Under the pieces are notes generated by a model that was not told the origin of the DNA, made no database searches, and was given only the letters and a program-made list of their open reading frames with translations. A stretch of DNA of 64,000 nucleotides. Source: Vicugna vicugna (taxonomy: Eukaryota). Positions 21,074-35,569 of the stretch are shown here, one piece after another (within the stretch, counting starts at the first letter, position 1; every line of letters starts with the position of its first letter). The position numbers were made by a program, and so were the translations under genes. The stretch spans positions 248,001 through 312,000 of the forward strand of contig MU058883.1 in the NCBI GenBank assembly GCA_013265495.1. Reading direction: 5' to 3'.

Positions 21074-23512
21074 GTGTCAGGGAACCAGAGCAGGGAGACC
21101 TTGAACTTATGAGCCTCTCCACACCCACCCCTGGGCACCAGCTGCCCTGGGACCCAGCATCTCCCTCCCTGGGGCTCCTCTCACAGCAGAAGGAGCTCAC
21201 CCCACCCTGGAGGGGACAGAGAGCCCTCTCCGGCGGGGTGAGAATGGCCGTCCCTCTAACAAAATAAGGCTGCAGCCTGAGCAGCATCTTAACACAGAAC
21301 AGTCTGAACTGCCTCCCGGGTCTTCCTCTCTGCCCCCAGCCAGGCCTGCCTTCCTTATCTGCACTCCATGACCCTTGGGCCCGCAGGGGCCTCCAGACCA
21401 GCCTCCTACATCACAGATGTGGGAACTGAGTCCCAAACCACTTCCCCAGGGCTGACGTGACACCAGGCATGAGAGAGCAGCCTTCCCAATTCATATCGGA
21501 ATTCTCTCCCCAGCAGCCCCGGGTGTCTGGACTCTGATCCAGGACCCCTCTCCGGAGCGGGCCTGAGAGGAGGAGTGATGAAAGATGGGGTCATCAGGTG
21601 GGCCACACCTGGCTCTTAGTCCCTGCCAAGATGGCACCAGGCCACGATGGAACGGCCCCGGGGCCTCCATGGCTGTGGAGGCTCCTGAATTCGGGGCGAC
21701 TCCCAGAAATCCTCCCGCGGACCCCCTTCCCTCGGCCTTGCCCGACTCAGCAGGTGCCCTGCGGGTTGGCTGGCCCCAGACACCTGCACCCTGGGCGAGA
21801 GGGCCTCGGACTCCTCTCCCCCGAGGCCGTGGCCTCAGGCTGGTTGGCCTGAGTGGGCCACAGCAGGGGCCCTGAACCTCCAGTCTCCCTGAGGGAAGGC
21901 GGGGCTCTCAGAACCGACTCACGCTAGAAGAGCTCACCTGACCCGTCCCTCCTCCCTGCCCTCAAGGCCTTCAACAAGCCAGAGGAAGTGCTCCTTCCCG
22001 ACTGTGCTGTCACCCCAGCTCTCTGCGGCTCAGCCTCTACCCCCCGAGGAGCACCTTGCGGGCAGCACAGGCCTCCTGGTTTCCAGACAACGTTTGATTT
22101 TAGTCCAGGACATGAGCCCTCATCTGCTCTTGGGGGCCGTGGGGAGGACGGGTCTCGTGGTGTGGCTGCTGTTTTCCTTCGAGCTAAAAAGAGGCCGTGT
22201 GTGCCCCTGGGTGCGGGAGCAGGTCACTGAAGACCCCAGGCCCGTGGTTCCTCTGAAAGGTTCACGGCCTGGGCAGGACACGAACCAGACTCGGCCCAGC
22301 CTGACACCTGCCTCATCCTGGGCAACCATCAGACACGGGGTCTGCAGAGGGGACGAAGCGGCTGTCGGCACGAGAAGTCAGAACAAGACAAGGCGACACT
22401 CTCAGACACAGGAGGAGAAATCCCCCTTGATGACAGACGACCTCAGTGCTGGCCACCCTCCCCTGAGCCCCTTGCATCTTCTCACCGGACCCACAGACTC
22501 TCCTCTCCTGGGACCAAGAGGGGAGGTCAGCGGTTTCCTTCCTGGAGCAACTTGGAGCTCACCCCACATCTCACAGCAGCTGGAGATGCTGCCCCAAAAG
22601 CCCCTCGCGGCCTGGCCCACCTGGACCCCCTGTAAACAGCCCCTGCGCCCAGCTGGCCTGGACACACGACATAGGCCAGTGGAATCCTGACCCTTCTGCC
22701 TCCTGGACCCCACAAGGACGGCGCCACAGCCAGGCACCTGTCTGCCTCACCTCCCACACGCGCCCAGGTGAGACGTGGACCCTGCGTCCTGCTAGAAGTA
22801 ACACGCACCACCCTCTACACTGCTCGGACTTCAGACATCTGCTCCCTGGCGGGCGCACGCGCCCGCACACACACACACCCCCCGCAGGACCGGGCGGCCC
22901 CATCTGCAGCTGGGGAGAAGCCTCAGCTCTGGCCCGGCAGGAGCACCCCCTTGGTGCCAACCAGGAGGCGCCGGCCCGTCCAGGCGCCTCCTCACCGTGG
23001 CCTTCCGAGGCGGCTGCCCCGCCCTGCCCGTCCCTAAGAGGCTGGGGAAGTGCGCGTGGGAACGACTTGGGGTGGGTCCAGCTGAACCCTACACGTCTAT
23101 GGGAAGGCGTTAGAAATAAATGCTTATAAATAGATCACAGTCTTGTAGTTAATTTCTGACTGGACTGTTCCAACGTCACTAGCTAAGGTGTATTAACTAT
23201 AAGTCTGTCTATGCTTAAAAAAATATTAGAACGGCATCGACGCCCCGGGACCGTGCCCTCCGACTGTTGGGGTTCTCCCGGCTCTTCCCACCCGGGGTGC
23301 CTTCTGAAAGAAAGGACAGCAGACGCGGCCTCTGCTGGGAGCGCAACAGGTCGTGTGCAGGTCCCTGGCCAGAGGTGGCTCGTGGGGCCCAGCGCGCCGT
23401 CCCCAGGGCGAGGGGCACGCCGGCTGTCGGGAGGGGAGGGGCTGGGAGGGGGGACAACACGAGGAAGACGGGGGTGGGGCCGGGCCTGCTGGCTGTCCCG
23501 GGAGGGCTCCAC

Positions 23513-23555
23513 TCAGACCCTCATCTGGGCAGACCTCCTTCTGGAGAGCTTGGAC
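23513..23555 (-). CDS. KIF1A: KIF1A last exon, coding part (43 nt including TGA)
   Basis: cag|GTCC; SKLSRRRSAQMRV*; TGA at 23513-23515. Confidence 0.96.
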
Positions 23556-23859
23556 CTGCGGAGGATTGGGAGAGGAGCAGTGGTCAGGGCCGGTGGGCAG
23601 CCAGGGTCAGGATGCCGGCACCGGGGCGCTGTGCCGACTCTGGTTCCCTTGTCGCCAGAGAGACTCACTCTCTGTCTCCTGCCCACGTGACTCGGTGGGA
23701 GCAGCCCCCCGCCCCGTCCCCAGCCTCCTTCAGTAAGTCACGGAGGCTCCCGGCCGCCGGGGGCCGGGCCGTTGCCCAGCCTGGCTGTGCGCAGGAGCCT
23801 CCCCACACGAAGGCCCGCCCTCCCCGGCCGAACGTAAAATCTAGGCGTGCTGGGCTTTA

Positions 23860-24030
<171 letters not shown>

Positions 24031-24348
24031 TCAGCTCCCCTGGGGCTGGGGCGGGCGGGGCTGGGGCACCAGCGGGGGGAGCACCAGGGACGAAGCAGCG
24101 AAAGAGGAGACCCGGGCTGGGTCACACGTCCTCACACGTCCAGGGCCACCGCGTGCTCGGGGAGGAGCAGGGCAAAGCCGGAGGACAGGAGGCTGCCTCC
24201 TGGGCCCAGGGCACCACGGGCTAGGGGCTCAGGGACCCCCACTGTGGCGTCCCCCAGAGGACGGACTATGTCATTAGCCACCAGAAGGCAGAGGATTTCT
24301 GCCCGCCCCAGCCATCGCTGCCCGATGTCACCAGGACTCGGAGCCCTA

Positions 24349-24819
<471 letters not shown>

Positions 24820-24822
24820 TTA

Positions 24823-25212
<390 letters not shown>

Positions 25213-26013
25213 TCACCCCTCAGAGCGCTGTGGGCACCTTCCTCCCGTGTCCACCAGGCCCACTTGGAGCTCAGCCCACCGGCTGAGTCCAGGGCTGTGC
25301 GGGCGCTGCAGGCAGGGTCCCCGCGGACGTGGCGCGTCCTGCCTCCCAACCCCCACCCGCTGTGAGCGGCTCCAGCATCTCTCTCCAGGATCAAACTGAG
25401 GGACGTGACTTCCTCAGGGACCGTCTACGTGGAGGGAGCAGTTGTCCTGCGGCAGCCGCCAGGCCTGGAGCCACGGACCTGGTGGCCAGGGAGGCCTGTC
25501 CCAGCCCAGAGGGCCTCACGCCTTTTTGTTTCTTTCTGTTCTTTGACGGAGCAGCTTTGGACCCCCGAGGTGTTACGAAATCTGATGGGCCCAATACAGG
25601 TGGGGTCAGCAACAGGGGTGGTCCGTCGCAAACGCCCTGCTCAGCAGGCGCCCGGAGGCCCCCGCGCCCGACCGCGGGCTTAGCGGTCCTCTAAGCTCGT
25701 CTTTGTCACGTTTTCCCCACTCTGTTTTATGAGTGCTGCCCGTGAAAGGGGCTTTTGTTTAGTGTTTTGAACCGATTCTGGTTTTATTCACAACTGCATT
25801 TTAAATTTATGCTTTAGCAGGAAATGACCTCGGAATGGGCCACGCCAGCCGCACAGGCAGATACTTCCACGTGGCCTGGCCCTGCCCTGCACGTGCATGG
25901 CCGCCCCAGACACCTGGCCCCTCGTGCCCAGCTCTGCCCTGTGCCTGTCACGGCTGCTGTCTTCGGTCAGCTTGGGGAGGCGGAAGTTTCTCGGGGAGCC
26001 TGGAGCTCACTTA

Positions 26014-26433
<420 letters not shown>

Positions 26434-26998
26434 TCAGGACGTGCAGCCTGACAGCCTCGGGCAGAGGGCGAGGCCAGCACAGAGGACAGAGGCCGGGCAT
26501 GGGGGTGTGCAGGGGTGAGAGACTGGTGAGGGGCCAGGGAGCCGGGAGGGAAGTCCGGGTGTGGGAAGCCTGGAGCAGCCGGCAGAGGCTCCGTGGAGGG
26601 CAGCACACAGGCTGCCAGCTTTGGCACAGGGTACGAGGCTGCAGACCAGGACGGGTCCCCAGGTGAAAGGAGGACAGCCAAGGGGAGGGGGCTTGACCAG
26701 CCCAGGATAGTGGCAGCTGGGCGAGGGCCAGGCCAGGCAGGACAAGGGACTGGGACGAGTGGGAGCCAGGGAGGACCCGGGGCAGGACTGGACCCAGCCA
26801 GCCCCTCACTCCCCGCCCGGCAGGGACCCCGACACAGGCCTGGCTCACAGCCTCGGGCCTGGGAAACCCGCCCTTGGCTCTGAGGCCCCCTTCTAGGCTG
26901 TGAGAGGTGTGCTTCTAAGAAAACCCTTATTTCCTTCTCCAGACTGGGATGGGGGCTTCTGTCGGCCACAAGGGCCCCGACGGCGGCCCCACGCCCAC

Positions 26999-27076
26999 CT
27001 TGCTCTCGCTGGCGCTGATGCAGACGTGGCTGTGGGTGTACTCTCTGTTGAAGGAGTGGGTGAGGAGCCGTAAGCA
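26999..27076 (-). CDS. KIF1A: KIF1A exon ~44 (78 nt)
   Basis: cag|TGC...AAG|gtgggc; [26 protein letters not shown]. Confidence 0.96.
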
Positions 27077-27535
27077 CTGCGGGGAGAGCGAACGCCCGGT
27101 CAGGAGCCTCCCAGGACCTGGCTCTGCCCCAGACACGGGCGACTGGCCCAGGGGCCCGGGCACCCAGGTCAAGGTGGGCCGCACCTCCACCCTCCCAGGT
27201 TAAGGGGCCGAGTGTGGAAGCCTCCCAGGGCAGGCCTGGGGCCTGGGCAAGGGTAGGGGAGGGGGTGGCATCACTCGAAGTGCGGGAGGCCTTCCCCGTG
27301 GCCACCCAGCAGCAGAGAGGACCAGTTCTGGATGCAGGGGGTGAGCTCCCCATCAGCACAGGTAATCAAGAGAGGGCACGTCACTGCTTGGGTAGCTGGC
27401 TGTAGAAGGGTGGGGTCGGGGCGAGGGGCAAGGTAACTCCGCGGACCCTCGTTCTTCCCAGTCCCAGGGGTCCGGACGGGTCACTGGCAGCAGTTAAGGG
27501 CCAGGAGGGTGGCTGCCTGCCTGCCTGCAGCCCAC

Positions 27536-27736
27536 CTTAACGGCCAGTTCCCGCTGCCTCTCGTTGGGAGCCTCCAGGGACGATGGCCGGCCCTCAGCCG
27601 CGAGCGGGGAGGAGGCGCTGGAAGAGCTGCGGGCCTCGGAGTCCTCGCTGCAGGCGGGGGACAGCGCCTCGGGGCCGGGCCGCTGGGCGGCCTCCAGCTT
27701 CTCTCGCAGCAGCAGGTAGTGCCTGGTCTTCTCCAC
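27536..27736 (-). CDS. KIF1A: KIF1A exon ~43 (201 nt)
   Basis: cag|GTG...AAG|gtgggc; [67 protein letters not shown]. Confidence 0.96.
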
Positions 27737-28249
27737 CTGCGCGGCAGAGCAGGGGTGCGGCCTCACCTCTGCACTCTCCCCGAGTGGCGGGCCCGTCGGG
27801 ACCCCACAGCCCGCCTCGCCCGTGGGCCGCGGTGTGTGAAACGGAGCCGGCAGCCCTGAGAGTCGTGTCGGTCTCCGGCCTCACGCGCCCCGTGTGCCCA
27901 CAGTGAGCAGATGGACACAGCCCCCAAGTCCCTGATGGGGCCCTGAGCTCTGCAGCCATGGCCTTGGGAGGGACCCTGAGGGTGGACCCAGGCCTCCAAT
28001 GCAGGCTTCCCACATGCGTCCTGGGCCAGCGGTCAGCCCCGGCGGCCAGACGCTGGCTTTCCCGACCATTTTCTTTCCAGGTTCCTTTCTCATCCCGTCT
28101 ACATGCCCGAGAGTCTGTGGTTGGGTTGGAAGTAAACCTTCTGCTCTAATCCAGAGGCCGTGCTGTCATGAGCCCCTTGCCCTGTGACAGGCAGTCTGAG
28201 GGTCACGTGTGCCATCCCAGTAGTGCCTGGCGGGCGCGGACACACTCAC

Positions 28250-28395
28250 CTCCTGCAGGAGACTCAGCTTCTCCAGCTCCCACTGGTGGTCCAGGATGAG
28301 GCTGTCACTCCGCGGCCTCCAGCCTGCCAGGTTCTCCTCGCCTCGGACGTAGGCCACAGACGTATCCAGCACCCGCCGGCGCCGGCGCTGCATCC
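28250..28395 (-). CDS. KIF1A: KIF1A exon ~42 (146 nt)
   Basis: cag|GGA...GAG|gtgagt; [49 protein letters not shown]. Confidence 0.96.
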
Positions 28396-28694
28396 CTGGA
28401 GGGGATGCCCAGGAATATGTGCCCCACTGTGGGCTCACCCACCGGAGACAACGGGCCCCACCCGGCCCCCAGAGCCAGGCCAGCCTCGACCCGGGAGCTA
28501 AACGGCAGGCGTCCACCAGGTCACTGCTGCCACCTCCTCCCCCTTCCTCTCTCACTCGCCGTGTCCTCCAGCCTCAACAGCTCCGGAGGTCACAGGTGAG
28601 GGACCCCCCGAGTCTCCCCAGGGGACCAGATTCCCTGACTCCCAACGAAGTGCCCCACCCCACGCCCGGGCCGGAGGGCAGGGCAGGTGCCTAC

Positions 28695-28756
28695 CTGGGC
28701 TGCCTGCGTCGGCCACGCGGCACAGGCCGAGTTCATACACGCCCGTCACGCGGTTG
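28695..28756 (-). CDS. KIF1A: KIF1A exon ~41 (62 nt)
   Basis: cag|CAAC...CAG|gtaggc; NRVTGVYELGLCRVADAGSP. Confidence 0.95.
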
Positions 28757-29757
28757 CTGCGGGGGGGAGGGGGCCGTGTCAGCCGGGCTCCGACTCTCAT
28801 CACAAACAGGTGTGCACTGGGCACGAGTCCCATGGCTGCCCAGGCGGCCTTGTGCAGGGTACTGGCTGCCAGGGTCCCTGTGATGCAGTCCCTGTGCTGA
28901 AGTCCCCATCCCAGCCTTCCTCTAGGCCCCCGTTTCCGGGGACTGATGCTTCCAAGGGCACCCCACTAACACTCTCATGGAGAGGGGCCTGTGCTCACCA
29001 GGTGACCTCCTGGACGAGAGGGTCACAGCCAGCCCAGGGCCATTCAGTCCTGACCTCACACTCCTTTCTCCCAGAGTGTCCTGGACACGGGACCACGAGA
29101 TAGCGTGTGGGGAGCCTCCCTGAGTTGACCAGTGATGACCCGGCACCCTCGGCGGGTCCTGCTGCTGGGGCAGGGCCCCTCCTCCCTGCCTCAACATTCT
29201 CAGCCATTCCTCCCCACCCCCCAGGAAGGTCCGACCCACCCCCCCAAGTGCTGCGAGCCTCCAGGAGGCGCCGGCTCAGCACATGCCCTTCGGGAAGCTC
29301 TGTCCAGAGCCCCCTTCCCACCCAGCCCCGCATCACCCAGTTTCTCTAACTGTGCTGGGGTGAGCAGTCCCAGCTGCACAGATCCTGTGGCCCTGGGGAG
29401 GAAGGTCACCATGCAACGGGTGAGTGTGACTCCAAGGCCACCCACGAGGCCCCAGAGTGGACACCTCAGGCCTCCTGCTGCTCCCTGTGGGCGGATCCCG
29501 GCTCTCTCATGCTCGTCCACCGTGACATCGGTGTCCCCACCAGTGCCCCGTGGCCTTCACTGACCCCGACATCAGGGCCGGGGGAGAGGGACCCGAGGGC
29601 AGGGGGCTGGCCAGGAACTGGGCAGGTCCACCTTCCCATGGGGCCAGCCGGCCCGGAGCGCGTCACCCGACAGGCTGCCCGGTGCGGAGCCTGGCCTGGT
29701 TCTCACCGTGGCCTGGGCACCAGATGAGGCAGCCCCTCTGCCCACCCGGCGGGCTCA

Positions 29758-30171
<414 letters not shown>

Positions 30172-30599
30172 TCACCGTGAAATTGGGGTGACAACCCCCG
30201 ACACCCGTGAGGGTCTGACGGGGTCCTGTCTGAACCCAGGGTTTGACTCTAAAACGCCACAGGAATGACTTCGCAGCCAACACGGTGCCGTCTTACAGCA
30301 GGTGCTTTGTCCTGAGGCTCGGGGGTCACTGCTGACATCACTGACGTGTCCCGGGGCTCAGCGCTGGGGGCCTGAGCACACCTCACCCCCGGGGCAGCAC
30401 GTGGGTCCCCACATCACAGCCAGAGTAATTAGGCTCTGGGGGCAGGGGTGGATGGCTTCGCCTCAACCGTCCTGCTGGCTGCGGACCCCAAACACCCAGA
30501 TTCCTCACTACCCTGCACCGCTTGAAACGCCCGCACTCCCAGCCTCGTCCTGCACTTTGAGGGGAGGTCACAGCCTGGGACCCTGGCGAGAGGGAAGGG

Positions 30600-30800
30600 G
30601 AAGCTTCTGCTTTTATGTTGCCTGGAACATAGATGCAATGTCTGGTGGTTCTGCAGCCATCTTGCAACCCCAAGGACAAACCCACACACTAAAGACCGCA
30701 AAACAGAGTTGGTTAACTGTGAGCACTGCCGTTAAAATTACACAGACTTAACTCGAGGACTTTAGAAGTCCTCTGAGAAGGTAACAAGGGTGACTGGGGT
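30600..30800 (+). mobile_element. Old MaLR (MLT1-type) LTR fragment
   Basis: tctggtggttctgcagccatcttgcaacc resembles the MLT1 core motif. Confidence 0.45.
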
Positions 30801-30898
30801 TGTCCAGGGCTAACAAGCACCCTCACTGTCCCTTGGCAGGCAGCTGAGGTCTGGGGACAGGTGATTCTGGTGGCATGCCCTGGGCATAGGTTTCTTGC

Positions 30899-31013
30899 CT
30901 CAATGTAAGCAGAGAGGGTCATGTAGATCTTCTCTCGGTAAGGGGTGACCCGGTTCAGCAGGAGGGAGTTGTGCATGGAGCTGTCCCACGCAGCCTCGAA
31001 CTGGTAGAAGGTC
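30899..31013 (-). CDS. KIF1A: KIF1A exon ~39 (115 nt), ends at a GC donor
   Basis: cag|GAC...GAG|gcaaga; [38 protein letters not shown]. Confidence 0.94.
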
Positions 31014-32394
31014 CTGGAAGGAAGCAGAGACGAGGTAAAAGATAACAGCGTGTGGGCTGCTCTCAGCAGGGATGGGGACATGCAGACACACAGACACAGA
31101 CAGACAGACACGCATGGGCCACCCGCAGGGAGAGCCGCTGGGGCCGTAGGCACGGAAGCCCAGGTGTCGGTGTCCAGGGAGGACAGACCCCTCCTTACTC
31201 AGGACCAGGCCTAGGAGGGGACTCCAGCCACCACCAGGAGAGCCTCAGAGCTCTCTCAGCTCCACCCTGGGCAGAGGGTGGGAGGTTTCAGCCCCTGGCT
31301 CTGGAGCTGAGGCCAGGATAAGAGGATGGGGAAGAGGAGGTAGGAAGGGCGGAGAGGAGAGAGAAGGGATGGAGGAGCAAAGGGAGCTGTGACGATGGGA
31401 GCAGACAGAGCAGAGACAGGGTGGTGGGGAGACGGTGGGAGGGGGTGGCCGGCTCCACCTGGCCTCAACCGGAGTTAGGAGGCACCCCGGCCTCTCCCTG
31501 GACCTGAAGGAGCCTGCCCGGGTTTGCCAAAACTCTCCAGGGCCATCTCCTCCGCCAACCGACTCGCCCTCGGGGGAGGATGCTGGGGTTGGAAACCGGG
31601 GTGGTCCCTTGCAGACCTCATGGCCTCTGCCCACCACGGGCAGGCCCTGTGAGAGGTGGGTCCCACACAGCACAGAGCAGGCAGTGGTCACTTCTTTCCC
31701 TACTCTCTAGCCTGGAAGGCAATGACCCAAGTGTAAGCCAGTGGCCTGGCCTGAAAACCCGAGGGTAGCTCGAGCAGCCACGGGGCCAGGGTGCTGGCAC
31801 CACAGATGGCCTGGTGGCCTCCACTCTGGGGCAGGCTCCCTGCTGTTTCAACTTCCCACTGCAGAGCTCCTAAATTCTCACCTTAGGCCAGGCGCAGCTT
31901 TGTTTAGGACTGCCATATTTGAGGTGGGAATTTGCCTCAATCCACCACGTGGCTGCATCACCGGGGCCCGTCGGGCAGCCCCCAGCCTCGCCCGGTTCCC
32001 ATCCAAAGCATCCTCACAAAGACACAGCTAGGAAACACGACCACACCAGCAGCCACGCCGCAGCACACGCCCCGACACAGCCGGGTCCCTTTGGAGGACC
32101 CAGCCCCACCCAGGAGTGCAGAGGGCGGAGGAGAGGGGCCACGTTGGGGCGGACAGCTCCATGGCCACCGTCTCTCCAGGGCGTGGTCCAGGGCGCGGGA
32201 GAAGCAGCGGGACAGGGCAGGGCAGCTGTGGGACACGTCACCGAGGACAGGGAGCCGGAGGAAGGACGTGAGGACAGCGGGGTGACCAGAGGATGGGCAG
32301 AGAGCGCAGGGAGACATCGGGAGGAGAGAGGGAACTGAAAATCAGAAGAGGACAGGCCACGCACGTGAGCGCGGAGGAGAAAAGGGAGCTGTAC

Positions 32395-32418
32395 CTAGTG
32401 TCACTTCCGAACGAAACG
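32395..32418 (-). CDS. KIF1A: KIF1A alternative microexon B (24 nt, VSFGSDT-R)
   Basis: cgttag|CGTTTCGTTCGGAAGTGACACTAG|gtacag; phase 2-2; resembles the VSxGxDTR insert I recall from some mammalian KIF1A isoforms. Confidence 0.8.
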
Positions 32419-35400
32419 CTAACGGTGAGGCGGCCAGGACACACACGTACACACACAGAAGAAATTCACGTCAGAACACGCGCCATCACCCGGCCAGAGA
32501 CCAGCTAACTGACGGAGCAGGCGGGCGCCATGTCGACCCGGCCACGAGGCTGCTGACCGCTGTCCCCCGAGGCCCAGACGTGGCCCACGGGGGTGGGGGG
32601 CTCAAGGAGGGCACAGCCCACTCCGAGCCCCCAGCCCAGGCACTGCAGGCGCCCCTTTCCCCCGTATCCACAGCAAGAGCCTTGGGTCCTTCCCTAGCAG
32701 GACCAGGCAGGCATCCCTGGAGACACAACCCTGACCCAGAGGGATGCCCTCTGTCCCCGAGTCCCCAAATGCCCCAGCTCTGAGAGGCCAGGCCTGCGGA
32801 CAGAGCCCAAGGCCCACTGCAGCTCAGCCCAGAACAAACGCCCCCCCGACAGCCCAGCTCCAAATGCCTCGGCCTATCATCGGACACCTGTGCCCTGCCT
32901 GCTGGGTGGACAGTGGGCAGTCACTGTCCCTGCCGCGTCGAGACGTCCTTCGGGTTAAGGGAGCTAGTGAAGAGCTGAGAACAGGACCTGAGCAGCACCA
33001 CGGTTATCATGAGCCCTTGCCCCAGGAGGCCCGACGGCACGCTGGGCCCAGCCTGAGCACCCCGCTTCCCGTAGGCCCGCCCCAAATCCTCCTGCTGGCC
33101 CAGGGCCTGGCTCAGTGCTGCCCCCTCCATCCGCCTGCCTCCAACATCGCTAAAGAACACTGCTGGCTTGCTTCCCCCTGCAAGTGCCCTGAGTGGAGCC
33201 CGCCTCAGCAGGGTGGCCGAGTGGCAGCCCCCCACGTGGGACTCAGGTAGCTACGTGGGAGGCCCTGAACTTGCAGGGTGTGGGAGGCCCTGACTGGTAC
33301 CCCTCGATCATGCGGCAGGACTCAGCAGGGCTGAGACGGAGCCCCTGTGCCTGCAGGATGTGCCTGGGAGGTATGGCGACCACACCAGGACCCCTGAGCA
33401 TGAAGAGGCACAGGACCCTCTTGGGGTCTTTCTGGGTGTGAGGTCACCCAGGGAGGGCACCTCCACCCCCTGCAGTGAGGCTCACTCTGCCCGAGTGACA
33501 ATCAGGCAGCCCCCAAAATAATCTGAGAGGAAGTTGTGGCCCAGACATGGGGTCCCTGGACCCCAGCACCAGCACTGGGAACTTGTCAGAAAGGCAGGTC
33601 CTCAGGCCCCAACCCATGGAGGTAGGAATTCGGGGGTGGGGTCGCCTCTCGAGCAGAGCAGCCAAGCTTCCCCATCGGCTCAGCCCGTCACCCCACGGAC
33701 TCTCTGGATTCAGCCCACTCCGGGGAAACAGGTCTGGAACAGGGGCAGCCCCGTGCCTCCCTCCAGCGAGGCCGTCCCAGGCCCCTGCCCGGGACTTCCA
33801 GTCCTTTGCCCTTCAAACTGTGTGCTGTGCTCTGGCACCCTGTTTCAGAGAAAGGGGCAGTGGGCGGGCCAGGCTGCGTGCACAACGGAGCCGTGGGGGG
33901 TCCTGTGGGTCCCTGCTGGACAGAAGATGCCTGTGAGCACAGCCCTTCTGGGGCGGGGGAGCCCAGGAGCCAGGGGCCCCTCTTCTCAGGACCCGCTGGT
34001 CCACATCCAGAGCCTCCAGCTGACTTCCTGACTCGGACCACCTCGAGCCAGGCAGGGACGTGGTCCTGGACAAGGAGGCCTCCTGGTGGCTCTCCTCCAG
34101 CCAGGAGCCCGGAAACAGGGCTGCCCCCAACGCAGCTCCAGGACATAAAGCTCGGCCCTCAAACACGCGAGGACCTGTGGGGGGAAAACTGGAAACTCAC
34201 TTAAAAAGTTTTGTTGACAAAGAAAATGTCATATGCTGTAAAACGTTTTTCCCATCTCGATTCTAGCTCACAAGGGCTGAGACCGTGCGGGCGGGCAGCG
34301 GCCCGGCCACCAGCAGGCCGCGGGTCGTGGGCGGGTGCTCCGTTTCCTCTCGGCTTCGTGGAATGGGAGCCCGCGTTCGCCCCGCCTGCGCACAATGTGC
34401 CAGCTGCAGGGGGCCTGGGGGCTGGTCCTCATCTCAGCTGGCTGCCATGGACTCTCCAGGCTCCCACCACAAGCGCCTGGTTACTCTGTATGTGACTGTC
34501 CCTCACCTGCTGCCGAGGGCCCATCCGAGCTCATTCAGACAAGACAAGCGTCACAGCCCTGTGCGCCAACAGGCAGCCACGGTGGGCGTCCTGATGCGGA
34601 AGGGCCTGCTGAGAATCCGAAAATTAAATCTCACACTCAAGGTTTCAACCAGAAGCTCGTTACGCTCCGGGAAGTACGTTTCTCGAAAGAGTGTCACTGT
34701 CAGGAGTGGCTCAGGTTCTTGGGGAAAACGACCTGACGGGAAGGCTGCCAGGGCTGAGCCCCTGGGCTGCAGCCAGGACAGTCCCCGTCCAGTGGGGGCG
34801 TGACCCCGGAGCGCGGGCACGCAGCTAAGAGCAGGGGCGGCCCCCAACCTCAGCCTCGGAATTCTGCTCAGCGTCGGACCAGACACACGCACGGCCGGAG
34901 GAAGGAGAGCAGAGGGGACAAATGAAGTCCCAGGCCAGGCTCTGTGCTTCCTGGGGACAGACCATTCCCGGCTTAGGCCTGAATTCCCCTTCCTGACGCC
35001 TGGAAGGATGCGGCTCACACGTGACGGGTGCGGGTGGGTGAGTGGACGAGGGGCTCTGTGGCCCCGGAGACAGCACGCCCGGCGGGACAGAAGGGGAGAC
35101 GCAACTGGACCCCTCCCCGGGGGCTGCGGCACCCCTTGGGGCATCCGACCCCGTGCCTGGCGGAAAGGGTGGGGGTCGCCGCGGGCTGCCCTGCCCCCAG
35201 CCCCTCCTTCACAGTCCACACCTTCGAGGGGCTGGCAGACCCTTTCTGCTCTGGGAGCTGGAACCCTGCAGCCCGGGCAGGAGCGTGAGCCTGGAGGATG
35301 CGCAGAAGGGTGGCAAGTGTGACCGGACTCTTCGCAGACCGTGGTGGTGTCCCAAACCCCCTCCTCACCTGCACGTGTCTTGGGCGGCTCTGAGCTGTGC

Positions 35401-35569
35401 GTGTGAGACCCTCGTGTCTTAGTGGGGCTCCTTTGGCAAGACGGGAGTGGTTAGTACAAACAGTAGGCTTTCTGCTCAGGAGCTATGCGCTTCAAATTAA
35501 TTAGGAGTGTTCTCAATTAAACGCTGACAAGGTCAGGAACAGAGCTGCAGAAGCGAGGCCCCTGCGAGA

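Larger units (their letters stand above)
20580..23512 (-). other. KIF1A: KIF1A 3' UTR (~2.9 kb; distal end approximate)
   Basis: Follows the stop codon; has an AT-rich block at ~23100-23230 and ends at the AATAAA at 20599-20604. Confidence 0.7.
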
